Shown here in pieces: positions 1 through 9,401 of a stretch of 64,000 bases of DNA. The DNA comes from Candidatus Poribacteria bacterium. Its GTDB lineage: Bacteria; Poribacteria; WGA-4E; WGA-3G. The notes beneath the pieces were generated by a model. It did not search any database. It was not told the DNA's origin and worked only from the letters and a program-made list of their open reading frames with translations. The DNA lies in assembly GCA_965197475.1 (NCBI GenBank), contig CBDANF010000002.1, positions 512,001-576,000 on the forward strand. Reading direction: 5' to 3'. Position numbers and translations under genes: made by a program. The stretch's first letter is position 1, and every line of letters starts with the position of its first letter.

Positions 1-691
1 GAACTTCTTCTTCCTTGAGCGTGCGGATAAGTCTTTCAGCATATCCGTTCTCCCAAGGACACCCTCTCCGGGCGACTGAAATCTCAATCCCATGATGCCT
101 AAGCAGTGAGATGGACGCATTTGAAAGATATTGAACGCCTTGATCAGAATGATGGATCTCTGGGACACTTTGACATAATGCTGTCTCCAAGGGTTTCAAC
201 GTCAGAGATTGCGTCAAGTGTTGACTGATATGCCACCCTCTGATCATGCGAGTGAAGACATCCATGAGCAGACAAACATAGATAAAGTGTCCTTTGAGGC
301 GGACGTAGGTAATATCGCCCACCCAGGCCTGATTACATCGGGAGACATCAAGGTTTTCAAGGCGATTGCTCCAGGGACGCACACCCGCAACGGATGTCGT
401 GGTTTGACAGACACGCTTGACAGAAACCGAGAGGTTGGCGGACTTCATCAATCGGGCAACACGTTTATACCCGATGGTGTATCCGCTACGCACCAACAAC
501 TGTGTGGGACGCCTATATCCGTATGTTGGATATAGCAAAGATAACGTCTCTATTTCATCCTGGAGGCCCGCTTCACACGGGGCCTGCTTGGGGTGATAAT
601 AGAGGTTGCTTCGGTTGAAACCGAGTGTCTCACATATCTGCCGAACCGAAAAGTCTGTCCGTAATGCCGTAACCATTTCTCGCTGCTCCAT
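1..691 (-). CDS. IS3 transposase OrfB (DDE integrase core), partial
   Basis: Manual translation: YGYRR...WVGDITY...MDVFTR...IHHSDQGVQY...WENGYAERLIRTLKEE. Confidence 0.88.
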   Translation of the reverse strand, partial: MEQREMVTALRTDFSVRQICETLGFNRSNLYYHPKQAPCEAGLQDEIETLSLLYPTYGYRRPTQLLVRSGYTIGYKRVARLMKSANLSVSVKRVCQTTTSVAGVRPWSNRLENLDVSRCNQAWVGDITYVRLKGHFIYVCLLMDVFTRMIRGWHISQHLTQSLTLKPLETALCQSVPEIHHSDQGVQYLSNASISLLRHHGIEISVARRGCPWENGYAERLIRTLKEEEV

Positions 692-696
692 CGAGG

Positions 697-987
697 CTAA
701 CTCAAGTAAGTTGAGGCTTTTTTTTGGATGTCAAGTGCCAAGGTCAACCGCCCAACGAGTTGCTCAAGTTGGGCGATCCGCTCCGCAGAGGCATCAGACT
801 GTTTATCAGCGGGTTCAAAGAGGGTCGCCGCTTTTTCAAGAAGCTGTCGCTTCCACTTTGAAAGTTGTTCATCGATGAGGTTATGTCGCCGACACACTTC
901 TGCTTGGGAACTTTCAACGCTGAGAACCTCAAGAACAACTTCGGCTTTAAACTCGGGGGTGAAGTTTCTTCGTTTTCGTTTCGCCAT
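697..987 (-). CDS. IS3 transposase OrfA (HTH)
   Basis: RRNFTPEFKAEVV...QLSKWKRQ...RIAQLEQLVGRL, typical of HTH_Tnp_1. Confidence 0.9.
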   Translation of the reverse strand: MAKRKRRNFTPEFKAEVVLEVLSVESSQAEVCRRHNLIDEQLSKWKRQLLEKAATLFEPADKQSDASAERIAQLEQLVGRLTLALDIQKKASTYLS

Positions 988-1080
988 CGGATACTCCTTT
1001 CAAGGAGATGGATATTATACCATAATCTTGTCTTAGAGAGCGGCCCGAATTTCCGGTGGCAGTACAAATTGTCGTTTATA

Positions 1081-1089
1081 TGTTATAAT
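1081..1089 (+). promoter_or_regulatory. Extended -10 promoter of the 1172-2994 operon
   Basis: TGTTATAAT consensus about 80 bp upstream of the ATG at 1172. Confidence 0.55.
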
Positions 1090-1171
1090 TAAAAGTGAAA
1101 TTCATAAAAAATAACGTTAATTAAAATTTCTTTCTCAGTGGACAAAGGCACAAAGTGCATTTGAATTCCTT

Positions 1172-1963
1172 ATGAATACAACACCACAATCAACCCTAAA
1201 ATATGAGAATCCGCCTATTAATGAGATCGTTTGCGGTGTCCGAGTCGGACCAATTAAGCAGTTACAATCGGCACATTTCGGCATTCTGTGGCAAAAATTC
1301 AGGCATGATTTTCCCAAAACTGAAGACCATGATCTAATAGGTCCTATGTCCCAAGAGGATCTTGGGAGTATTAACAAGTTGCCATTGCCAAGGGTTTGGT
1401 TTATACACAGAAACGAAAACGAACTCGTTCAAGTACAACGAAATCGATTTCATTACAATTGGCGAGAAAGAGAAGAGGGTGATGAATATCCAGGGTACGA
1501 AAAAATTATTAATAACTTTGAAAGATATCTAACTCTTTTCCAAGAATTTCTGGTAGAGGAAAACTTAGGAAATCTCGTAACTAAAGAATATGAATTGACA
1601 TATATTGACCTCATTCCTAAAGGGCAAGGATGGGAAAATCTTAATGATTTGGAAAAAGTTTTCCCAAATTTATTATCTCTAACAAAACAAGACATACTTT
1701 CAACTAATGTGAGAGTTATTAATTGGCAAACTATTTTAGATTTACCAAATGGGTTAGGGCAATTAAGTGTAGCGATTCGTAGTGGTCAGAGGAAAACTAA
1801 CAGCCAACCACTTCTCCACATTGAAACCAAAGCATTAGGCAAGGGACATTCTGAATCTATGCAAGCATGGTTTGATGCCGCGCACACTACTATAACTGAA
1901 CTTTTTTTGAACCTCGTAAGCAGTGAGATTCAAAAGAAATTTTGGGGAAGAGAATCAAATTAG
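1172..1963 (+). CDS. TIGR04255 family protein
   Basis: YENPPINEIVCGVR, PRVWF...LVQVQRNRFHYNWR...YPGY, ELTYID, WFDAAH motifs. Confidence 0.8.
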   Translation: MNTTPQSTLKYENPPINEIVCGVRVGPIKQLQSAHFGILWQKFRHDFPKTEDHDLIGPMSQEDLGSINKLPLPRVWFIHRNENELVQVQRNRFHYNWREREEGDEYPGYEKIINNFERYLTLFQEFLVEENLGNLVTKEYELTYIDLIPKGQGWENLNDLEKVFPNLLSLTKQDILSTNVRVINWQTILDLPNGLGQLSVAIRSGQRKTNSQPLLHIETKALGKGHSESMQAWFDAAHTTITELFLNLVSSEIQKKFWGRESN

Positions 1964-1971
1964 GTGAACAT

Positions 1972-2415
1972 ATGCTAACTACAGCAACAATAGGCCAGGA
2001 CATAAATATCCCTCCTCTTTTTGACGAGGTAGAAAAACCGGGTGCTCTAAAGTTTTTCTGGGAAAATAAAAGGACACTATCGGAAGTAGGTTTTACTGCA
2101 GGAACGATTCTTAAAGGTTCAAATTTTCTCTTAGGTAGAAGGAAAAATTATCAGATGCCAGAATTTTCTAAGCGAAACACGATTGCATTGCTTGAATTAA
2201 GTTTTGAGGAAGAAGTTGCCCCTGGAATAACGCAAGAGTTTGCTGATATACAACAAGAACGCCTTGGATCTGCCTTCTACGATGATGAAGACCTACTTGA
2301 TTGGGACGCTGCTATAATTACCCCTCCACCTCGACCATCAGGTACAATACGGGTTAAGTTAAAACACAAAGAACGGAGAAAACCATCTCCTTTTGATGAT
2401 TATTGGGAAGAGTAG
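1972..2415 (+). CDS. Hypothetical protein with acidic/Pro-rich C-terminus (candidate antitoxin)
   Basis: AGGTG RBS before ATG 1972, 8 bp after the upstream stop. Confidence 0.65.
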   Translation: MLTTATIGQDINIPPLFDEVEKPGALKFFWENKRTLSEVGFTAGTILKGSNFLLGRRKNYQMPEFSKRNTIALLELSFEEEVAPGITQEFADIQQERLGSAFYDDEDLLDWDAAIITPPPRPSGTIRVKLKHKERRKPSPFDDYWEE

Positions 2416-2442
2416 GATTTTAACACTCAGGAATGTTTTAGC

Positions 2443-2994
2443 ATGACTTATCCTTGGTATTGTTTAGTTGATGGTGACAAATTGGAGCAAGGAGATATCC
2501 TTGAAGAATGTCCGGTATTTTCTCCACCCTCCAATTTAACACTAAATTCCTCAAAAGATCCCGAAGGCGAAGCATTATTTGAATGGGAAAGAAAAGATGT
2601 TATTATCATGTCTCAGAGCTGCGATTTAGTTAAGGGTAGAGAAAAAGTTGAGGATGTGTTACTTTGTATTATATGGAACATTTCAGAATTTGTTGCCGAA
2701 TTCGTAAGAGACGATTTATCCGAAAGACAAATTAAGGAACAACTTCGGAAGGGACAACGACCTGCTTTTCAAGTGCTTAATGAATGCGATTTACCGAATG
2801 TAAAAAGGGAATTCAGAGTTGTTGACTTGCGTCGTACTTACACGCTTCCACTAAGTTTTTGCAGAGAGTTTGCAGCAAAAGCTGAAAACCGTATTCGGTT
2901 GCTTCCACCATATCGAGAACATCTTTCTCAGGCTTTTGCTCGCTTTTTCATGCAAGTTGGTTTACCCACCGACATTCCTCCATTTAAAAAATAA
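2443..2994 (+). CDS. Conserved hypothetical protein, SQSCDL motif; MazF/PemK-like topology suspected
   Basis: LEQGDIL...VIIMSQSCDL...VVDLRRTYTLP...RIRLLPPYREHLSQAFARFFMQVGLP. Confidence 0.7.
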   Translation: MTYPWYCLVDGDKLEQGDILEECPVFSPPSNLTLNSSKDPEGEALFEWERKDVIIMSQSCDLVKGREKVEDVLLCIIWNISEFVAEFVRDDLSERQIKEQLRKGQRPAFQVLNECDLPNVKREFRVVDLRRTYTLPLSFCREFAAKAENRIRLLPPYREHLSQAFARFFMQVGLPTDIPPFKK

Positions 2995-3231
2995 TTTCAC
3001 CTATCTGATAATCGTGAATTGAACAAATTTCCCTATATGAGGAGGAACCCGGCGAATGCTATACGTGCATGAGGCGTTGATTCCACCCTACAGATGATTT
3101 GTTAGATAGACTGTAGTATTTTTACAATGGATAGACCAGACGGTTCACAAGGGTTCGCTGTCGTTTCCATCATTCTTTAACGGCATTTATGCAAAAGAAA
3201 ACCCCAACTTCCTGCCAAGGAGAGATTTACA

Positions 3232-5826
3232 ATGAAAACTAAGTTATTTTTTATTTTTTTGACGCAATTACTAATTTCAACACTATTTTTATACAACAGC
3301 GTTGCCCAAGACTACACAACGTGGAATTTACCCGAGGGAGCCAAAGCACGCCTGGGTAAAGGGACTGTGAACGATATTGCATATTCCCCGGATGGCATGT
3401 ATTTCGCAGCTGTCAGTGATATAGGTATTTGGCTGTATGATGCCAAGACCTATCAAGAGGTGTCATTACTTACAGGGCATACGGGAGTTGTCCTGAGAGT
3501 CGCGTTCAGTCCTGATGGAAATACCTTCGCCAGTGGGGGTAATGACGGAACTATCCGTTTGTGGGATGCGGGGACAGGTGAACACAAACAGACACTTGAA
3601 CTCAAACAGACACCGCGTGTAGGGGAGCCTCCGTCTCTCTATAGTATTGCGTTTGCCCCGGATGGGAAAACACTTGCTATTAGTGGAGATTGGCACAACG
3701 GAATAGAGTTATGGGATGCAGTAGCAGGTGAACACAAACAGACACTCAGAGGGCATACGGATCTTATCCTTAGTGTGGTGTTTAGCCCGGACGGGAAGAT
3801 ACTCACCAGCGCAAGCTTTGATAAAACTATCAGATTGTGGGATGCGGGGACAGGTGAACACAAACGGACACTCGTACATCCGAATCGTGTCCGTGTCGTA
3901 GCGTTCAGTCCTGATGGACACACACTCGCCAGTGGAGGTTGGGACCGACCTATCCGATTATGGGATGTGGAAACAGGTGAGCTTAAGCAGAGACTTACAG
4001 GACATACCTATGGTACCGATAGCATTGCGTTCAGTCCTGATGGACATACACTTGCCAGTGGGAGTTTCAACGAAATCCGTTTGTGGAATACGATAACAAG
4101 TGGACTTAAACAGACACTCGTACATCCGGCGACTGTCTTTAGGGTAGCGTTCAGTCTTGATGGCAAGACACTCGCCAGCGCAAGTTTTGAGCAAACTATA
4201 CGTTTGTGGAATGCGGGGACAGGTGAACATAAACAGACACTCACATATACAGATCATGTCTCAAGCATTGCTTTTAGTCCTGATGGACAAATTCTCGCTA
4301 GTGGGGACCAAAGGATATGGTTGTGGAATGTTGGCACAAGTGAACACAAGCAGATATTTGCAGAGCATACGTGGGGTGTCAATAGCGTTGCATTCAGTCC
4401 TGATGGACAAATCCTTGCCAGTGGAGGCGGGGGCGGACTCGTCAAGTTGTGGGATACGGACACAGGTGAACTCAAGCGAACACTCATAACAGGTGAGGAA
4501 GTCGATAGTGTTAGTGTAGCATTTAGTCCCGATGGGCAGACGCTTGCCTGTGGAAGTGGGCGCGATATCCGTTTGTTGGATGTGGAAACAGGAGAACTCA
4601 AGCAGACACTCAAAGGGGTAGCGGATATCTATAGCATAGCATTCAGTCCCGATGGAAAAACACTTGCATGTGGAAGTGAAGACCGAACTGTTCGGTTATG
4701 GGATGTGGGAAAAGGTGAACAAAAGCAAATACTCAGAGGGCATACGCTGAGGGTCAATAGCGTGACATTCAGTCCTGATGGACACACACTCGCTAGTACG
4801 GGAAGACGCGAAGTTCGGTTGTGGGATGTGGAAACAGGTGAACAAAAGCAAACACTTGCGCATACCGATTTTTCTGGTGGCATTGCGTTCAGTCCTGATG
4901 GACATACACTCGCCAGTGGTGAATTGTTCAAAGTTCGGTTATGGGATGTGGAAACAGGTGAACAAAAGCAGGTACTCAGAGGGCATACGCGAGGTGTCTT
5001 TAACGTTGCGTTCAGTCCCGATGGACACACACTCGCCAGTGGTAGTAGTGATGGCACAGTGCTGCTGTGGAACACCACACCTACGCCAATCATAGAAACA
5101 ACCTTGCGATTTGAGGCACCCCCAGTACAATCCTATACTATTGGAGACCATCTAATGATACTGCTAAAAATCGTAGATGGAAAAAACGTCGCAGGCTATC
5201 GGGCGACTGTGTCCTATGACACCGATGCGCTCCGCTACGTTAAAAGTGCTAAAGGGGATTATTTACCAGATGCTATCTTCAGGCGACGCGTCGTTGATGG
5301 GAATAAGGTGATGCTTTCCGCAACATCTCCTGCGGGTGAGAACCATGGGGATGGTACACTTGCCACACTCACGTTTGAAATCTTGGCTTTCAAAACATCA
5401 ACATTGAAACTATCCGCAGTACGGCTCATTGATTCAGATGGCGTGAGTTCTTTGCCACAGATTATTGAAAATATGGATGTTGAAATAATTGAGGATGCCC
5501 GCGCTGTTGAACCGAATGGGAAGCATTACACGAAATGGGGACAGATTAAAACTGCAGCCGTTTTTCAAAACTATCCGAACCCCTTCAACCCTGAAACATG
5601 GATACCTTATACCCTTTTTGAATTGAGTGATGTTCAACTCTTAATCTTTGCCCCGAGTGGAGAATTGGTGCGAGAATTTAAACTTAGGCAGCAGTCCCGT
5701 GGCGATAAAGAGTTATATTGGGATGGAAAAAACACTGATGGTGAAACTGTTGCCAGTGGCATCTATTTCTATCAGTTTGAGGCAGGTAATACTCGAAGTG
5801 TGCGAAAAATGTGGCTATTAAAGTAG
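3232..5826 (+). CDS. Secreted WD40 beta-propeller protein with cohesin-like and FlgD/T9SS-CTD-like C-terminal domains
   Basis: Signal peptide, about 14 repeats of AFSPDG.TLASG...IRLWD, GDGTLATLTFE, QNYPNPFNPETWIPY...WDGKN..GE.VASGIYFY. Confidence 0.9.
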   Translation: MKTKLFFIFLTQLLISTLFLYNSVAQDYTTWNLPEGAKARLGKGTVNDIAYSPDGMYFAAVSDIGIWLYDAKTYQEVSLLTGHTGVVLRVAFSPDGNTFASGGNDGTIRLWDAGTGEHKQTLELKQTPRVGEPPSLYSIAFAPDGKTLAISGDWHNGIELWDAVAGEHKQTLRGHTDLILSVVFSPDGKILTSASFDKTIRLWDAGTGEHKRTLVHPNRVRVVAFSPDGHTLASGGWDRPIRLWDVETGELKQRLTGHTYGTDSIAFSPDGHTLASGSFNEIRLWNTITSGLKQTLVHPATVFRVAFSLDGKTLASASFEQTIRLWNAGTGEHKQTLTYTDHVSSIAFSPDGQILASGDQRIWLWNVGTSEHKQIFAEHTWGVNSVAFSPDGQILASGGGGGLVKLWDTDTGELKRTLITGEEVDSVSVAFSPDGQTLACGSGRDIRLLDVETGELKQTLKGVADIYSIAFSPDGKTLACGSEDRTVRLWDVGKGEQKQILRGHTLRVNSVTFSPDGHTLASTGRREVRLWDVETGEQKQTLAHTDFSGGIAFSPDGHTLASGELFKVRLWDVETGEQKQVLRGHTRGVFNVAFSPDGHTLASGSSDGTVLLWNTTPTPIIETTLRFEAPPVQSYTIGDHLMILLKIVDGKNVAGYRATVSYDTDALRYVKSAKGDYLPDAIFRRRVVDGNKVMLSATSPAGENHGDGTLATLTFEILAFKTSTLKLSAVRLIDSDGVSSLPQIIENMDVEIIEDARAVEPNGKHYTKWGQIKTAAVFQNYPNPFNPETWIPYTLFELSDVQLLIFAPSGELVREFKLRQQSRGDKELYWDGKNTDGETVASGIYFYQFEAGNTRSVRKMWLLK

Positions 5827-5853
5827 AGCACATCTCATAAATAGTCAAATAAT

Positions 5854-6441
5854 CTAAAAAAGTCTTTTTAATAAGTAATACCATTTCTCAATAATTATAT
5901 TCCATTTGCGACTTCGTGAAATATTTAAAATTGTGATTTGGGCAATAGCTGCCTTCGTATACTTTCTCAAGATTTGTGTGATTTTGTCCTGCATTTCCTC
6001 TATTGACCCCAATGTGTGCTGAAACAATTTGGCTTTGATGTCTTGCCAGAGTCTTTCGATCGGGTTCAACTCTGGACTATAAGGGGGTAGAAAAATCAAG
6101 GCGATATTGTCAGGAAGTTGTAGCGATTTCGCCTGATGAAAACGACCATTATTAAGCACAAGGATATTTAGCGTCTCTGGAAAAGTCTTTGCTAACTCAT
6201 CAATGAATACTTGGAAACAGACACCATTGAGCCAGGGCATTTCAAGGAAGAAACTTTCTCCTGTTATCGGTTCCACAGCACCGTATAGATAAAGGTTCTG
6301 GAAAGTGTAATTGATGTTGGCAATCGGTTTGACACCGGACACAGTAATACGCCGAGACGACACAGGCAAAAGACCACATCTTGACTCATCTTGGCAAAAA
6401 AGTCGGGCGTTTTGAAAAGAAGATGCCTTCTCCGAAATCAC
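5854..6441 (-). CDS. IS630 transposase DDE half
   Basis: QDESR, LNNGRFH (second catalytic Asp appears as Asn), LPPYSPELNPIERLW; aberrant C-terminus. Confidence 0.8.
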   Translation of the reverse strand: MISEKASSFQNARLFCQDESRCGLLPVSSRRITVSGVKPIANINYTFQNLYLYGAVEPITGESFFLEMPWLNGVCFQVFIDELAKTFPETLNILVLNNGRFHQAKSLQLPDNIALIFLPPYSPELNPIERLWQDIKAKLFQHTLGSIEEMQDKITQILRKYTKAAIAQITILNISRSRKWNIIIEKWYYLLKRLF

Positions 6442-7035
6442 CTCCTCAACTTTGGTAGCGAAGTTAGCAACGAACGCATCACACGCTACATCGTTTTTTT
6501 TTTATGACTTTTGCGAGGCACTTTGAGTTTGGCTTTCCATTTATACCGAACTAACGCATGAACTGTTTTATAGTGCATTTGGACACCGAAGGTTTCGGCA
6601 ATATAGTCTGTTATCTGTTGATAACTTGAAAAACCCTCCGGTTTTTCAAGTTCCGCCCGCAACAGATCTTGTTGTTCTTTAGATAGCCGAGGGGGACACC
6701 CCGGGGAATAATCACGATCCAAAAGCGCATCCAGTCCTTCGGACTCATAAGTCGATATCCAGTGTCCAATCGTTTTTCGGTTAACACCTATCAGCGCGGC
6801 TGCTTGTTTGCGAGTTGTCGCGTGACCACTGCGAAATAGGTAAAGGGCTGTCAATCTTTGCTTTTGATAACCTACGGGTGTCTTTCTCAACAGGCTTTTC
6901 AACTCTGAAACACTTTCTGTAATCTCTGGAGGCTTTATGTGCATTGGTGTCAATCCTATGATTTGTATAATTGGAAAAAGTATAGCAGAAATTGAAAACT
7001 TTTAAAAGGATAAATATATACAAGAAATGGTATTA
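5876..7035 (-). mobile_element. IS630-family element, probably inactive
   Basis: Inverted ends TAATACCATTTCT / AGAAATGGTATTA; two ORFs joined by an A10 run at 6494-6503. Confidence 0.85.
6486..6953 (-). CDS. IS630 transposase N-terminal HTH half
   Basis: HTH, winged-HTH, ends KLKVPRKSHKKK at the slippery A-run. Confidence 0.85.
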   Translation of the reverse strand: MTPMHIKPPEITESVSELKSLLRKTPVGYQKQRLTALYLFRSGHATTRKQAAALIGVNRKTIGHWISTYESEGLDALLDRDYSPGCPPRLSKEQQDLLRAELEKPEGFSSYQQITDYIAETFGVQMHYKTVHALVRYKWKAKLKVPRKSHKKKTM

Positions 7036-7156
7036 GATGGACTCTGGCACGAAGTGATTGCATGTCCCACTCGCGAAGGTAACAGTGGACAATGTCCAAC
7101 GTCTTGGGATGCATGGCATGCGCAATGGGAAACGAGTCCTCACAAGACAAATTTGT

Positions 7157-8087
7157 TTAATTTCCTGAATACTTTGTCAGAGTTGCTTTGCGATGCAATG
7201 CTTCAATAGCGGCTTTTCTCAATTCTTGCTGGCGTTGTAACGGTCCTTCGGCTCCTTCAGGTGCTGCACCGATTGGCATAAAAAGGTGAATTAGCGTGAC
7301 CTTGGAATCAGCATTGAAATCCAGTGAAATCCCTTTTTTCCAATACCAATGTGTGTTCTCATCAGCGATATCTTGTCTAATTTCTTCGGCAGGCCCAAAT
7401 TCCTCTTCCACACGTTTGAGAGTACTTCCAATACCGTTGCCGCCTGCCGTTTTTGCTTTATTGGGGCGTCTTAAAAATAGGGTTCTAACGAGATCTATGT
7501 CGTCAACAAAACCCGATAACCCGATGTTCGGTTCCCAATATGAAAAATGTTGGTCCCCGCCGATTGGGTTGTCCGGTTCTCCATAAAGGTCTTTAACTTT
7601 TGCAAACGGATCCCCAAACTTGATTCCAGCGGCACTCCTACCTGGAACAATAAGATTTTTTTTGGGGAGGGTCGGGATCTATTGTGATTTCCACTGATGG
7701 CTCAGGTGGAATAAATTTCTGGTTGGTGATCCGTTTGACTCTCTTTGTGGATTTACCCACTCCATCACTTACGTAGACAGTGACTTTAACGGATTCGACA
7801 TCCTCAGGGGCTGTCCATTTTACATTTGTCCCCGTTGTTGCGCTCAGTTTTCCGCCATCCACTTCCCATATATAATTCAATGGGTCGCCATCTTTGTCAT
7901 AAGCAATAACCCGGAATTCAATAATTTCTCCAGGACTGAATTCGGTGGGTACAATAAAACTGTCAACGATAGGTGAACTGTTGGCCGGTTCATCGTCACT
8001 ATCGTCCGAACCGCAACCACCAATATAAAAGATACACAAGTTCACAATAACAAAACTTAAAAAACGAAAAATGTTTTTCATAAACAT
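7157..8087 (-). pseudogene. Lipoprotein (PKD/Ig-like domain plus C-terminal domain) frameshifted at an A8 tract
   Basis: Lipobox IGGC; DKDGDPLNYIW; removing one A at 7656-7663 fuses 7638-8087 with the frame ending at 7157 (QKNLIVPGRSAAGIKFGD...). Confidence 0.75.
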
Positions 8088-8091
8088 ATCC

Positions 8092-9048
8092 TTAAATTTC
8101 TGCAGTGTCTCCCGTTTTTAAAACAACATAGCTCCGATAACGTTCTGGATGTATATCCCCAGATTCAACTGCGTTCTGGATTGCGCAATCGGATTCTTTG
8201 ACGTGTGCACAATCGTTGTATTTGCATGTACCGAGAAAAGGCTCCATCTCTGGAAAATAGTGTTCAATATTTTCTTTATCAACTCCCCATAAACCGACTT
8301 CGCGAATGCCAGGTGTGTCTGCGACTTCACCACCAACATCAAGTGTAAACAACTCTACGAGTGTTGTTGTGTGTCTACCTTTCCGTGTTTTTTCACCAAC
8401 TTCCGCAGTTCGCAATTTGAGGTTCGGTTGAATAGCATTCAAGAGGCTTGATTTTCCGACACCAGAGGGTCCGACAATTACACTGAATTTATCTTTTAGC
8501 ACGTTTTGAAGGGATTCAATGCTGGTCGGCATTTTGATGCTCGTGTACACTACTTGATAGCCGAGTTCCTCATAGATTGTGAAGGTAGAGGTAAGTTGAT
8601 CACGCTGGTCTGAATCTACCAAATCCATTTTATTCAAGCAGATAATAGCTGCCATATCCCCTGCCTCTGCTAAAATGAGAAATCGATCCAATGTCCGAAA
8701 GTTAAGATTGGGCATCCGCGTTGAAGCAACGGCTACAACTTGATGTGCGTTGGCAACAATTATCTGCTCAATATCTTCATGTCTCCCTGCGTATTGCCGT
8801 GAGAACTTGGTTTGGCGCGGAAGTATTTCCTCAACAACCCCTTCTTCTAAATCAAGTTGTGTAAAAATTACTTGATCGCCAGCAGCAACAGGGTCGGCGT
8901 AAAGTCTGCGTCCGGTTTCGGAACGTCGTTTTCGTTTTAAAGTGCCGCGTAATGTGCATCGCAAAACAAGTTCACCGTGCTGAACATCGTAAAATCCGGT
9001 TCGCGCTCGGATGACTCTGCCTTGTTCACGTGTAAGGATAAACGCCAC
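8092..9048 (-). CDS. rsgA: Ribosome small subunit-dependent GTPase A
   Basis: NKMDL, GPSGVGKSS, GRHTTT, DTPG, CKYNDCAH..E..C. Confidence 0.97.
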   Translation of the reverse strand: MAFILTREQGRVIRARTGFYDVQHGELVLRCTLRGTLKRKRRSETGRRLYADPVAAGDQVIFTQLDLEEGVVEEILPRQTKFSRQYAGRHEDIEQIIVANAHQVVAVASTRMPNLNFRTLDRFLILAEAGDMAAIICLNKMDLVDSDQRDQLTSTFTIYEELGYQVVYTSIKMPTSIESLQNVLKDKFSVIVGPSGVGKSSLLNAIQPNLKLRTAEVGEKTRKGRHTTTLVELFTLDVGGEVADTPGIREVGLWGVDKENIEHYFPEMEPFLGTCKYNDCAHVKESDCAIQNAVESGDIHPERYRSYVVLKTGDTAEI

Positions 9049-9092
9049 CTCCCATAGTGTTGGAGATAAAAAGAACTTCCTGAGGAAGCTAA

Positions 9093-9101
9093 ATTATACC
9101 A
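9093..9101 (-). promoter_or_regulatory. Extended -10 promoter for rsgA
   Basis: TGGTATAAT on the minus strand about 45 bp upstream of the start. Confidence 0.5.
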
Positions 9102-9134
9102 TATCTAATTGACAAAATATCATAAGAACTTGTT

Positions 9135-9325
9135 TTATACCATATACCTTTCGCACCGCTGGTGCTTGGTTTCTTGTGGTATACTTTTTTCTATACACCT
9201 TCCGCACCGTTGGTGCTGAGATACAATTGACTATAGCCTCGGAGAGGCGATAGGTGTATATTTTTTCCGCCGCATAACACTAAAATTGACGCATAAGGGT
9301 ATCCGCAAGCTCTACCCGACCTACG
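9135..9325. repeat. REP-like cluster (GCACCGCTGGTGCT-type x2, a degenerate inverted unit, one GTAG-REP)
   Basis: tatacctttcgcaccgctggtgct / tatacaccttccgcaccgttggtgct, inverted ...ggtgtata, ctctacccgacctac. Confidence 0.6.
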
Positions 9326-9401
9326 AAATAATGCAATACAATCTCTTTAAAATGGTATTACATAATTCTCATAATATTTTCTGTGTACTACATCGTTGAC
9401 T

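Larger units (their letters stand above)
1..1066 (-). mobile_element. IS3-family insertion sequence (runs off the window's left edge)
   Basis: Terminus 5'-TGTACTGCCACCGG at 1066 (minus strand), OrfA plus OrfB, A8G slippery site at 717-725. Confidence 0.9.

Noticed and set aside
3500-5070. Regularly spaced DNA repeats as a possible CRISPR array
   Set aside because: In-frame coding repeats of about 125 bp period, no unique spacers, no cas genes
3466-5151. Many antisense and alternate-frame ORFs with periodic motifs (CPSGLNA, MDTHSP)
   Set aside because: Shadows of the WD40 repeats; no RBS or independent signal
7027-7209. Cys/Trp-rich 60-aa ORF as a peptide precursor
   Set aside because: Starts inside the IS630 end, no RBS, no modifying enzymes nearby
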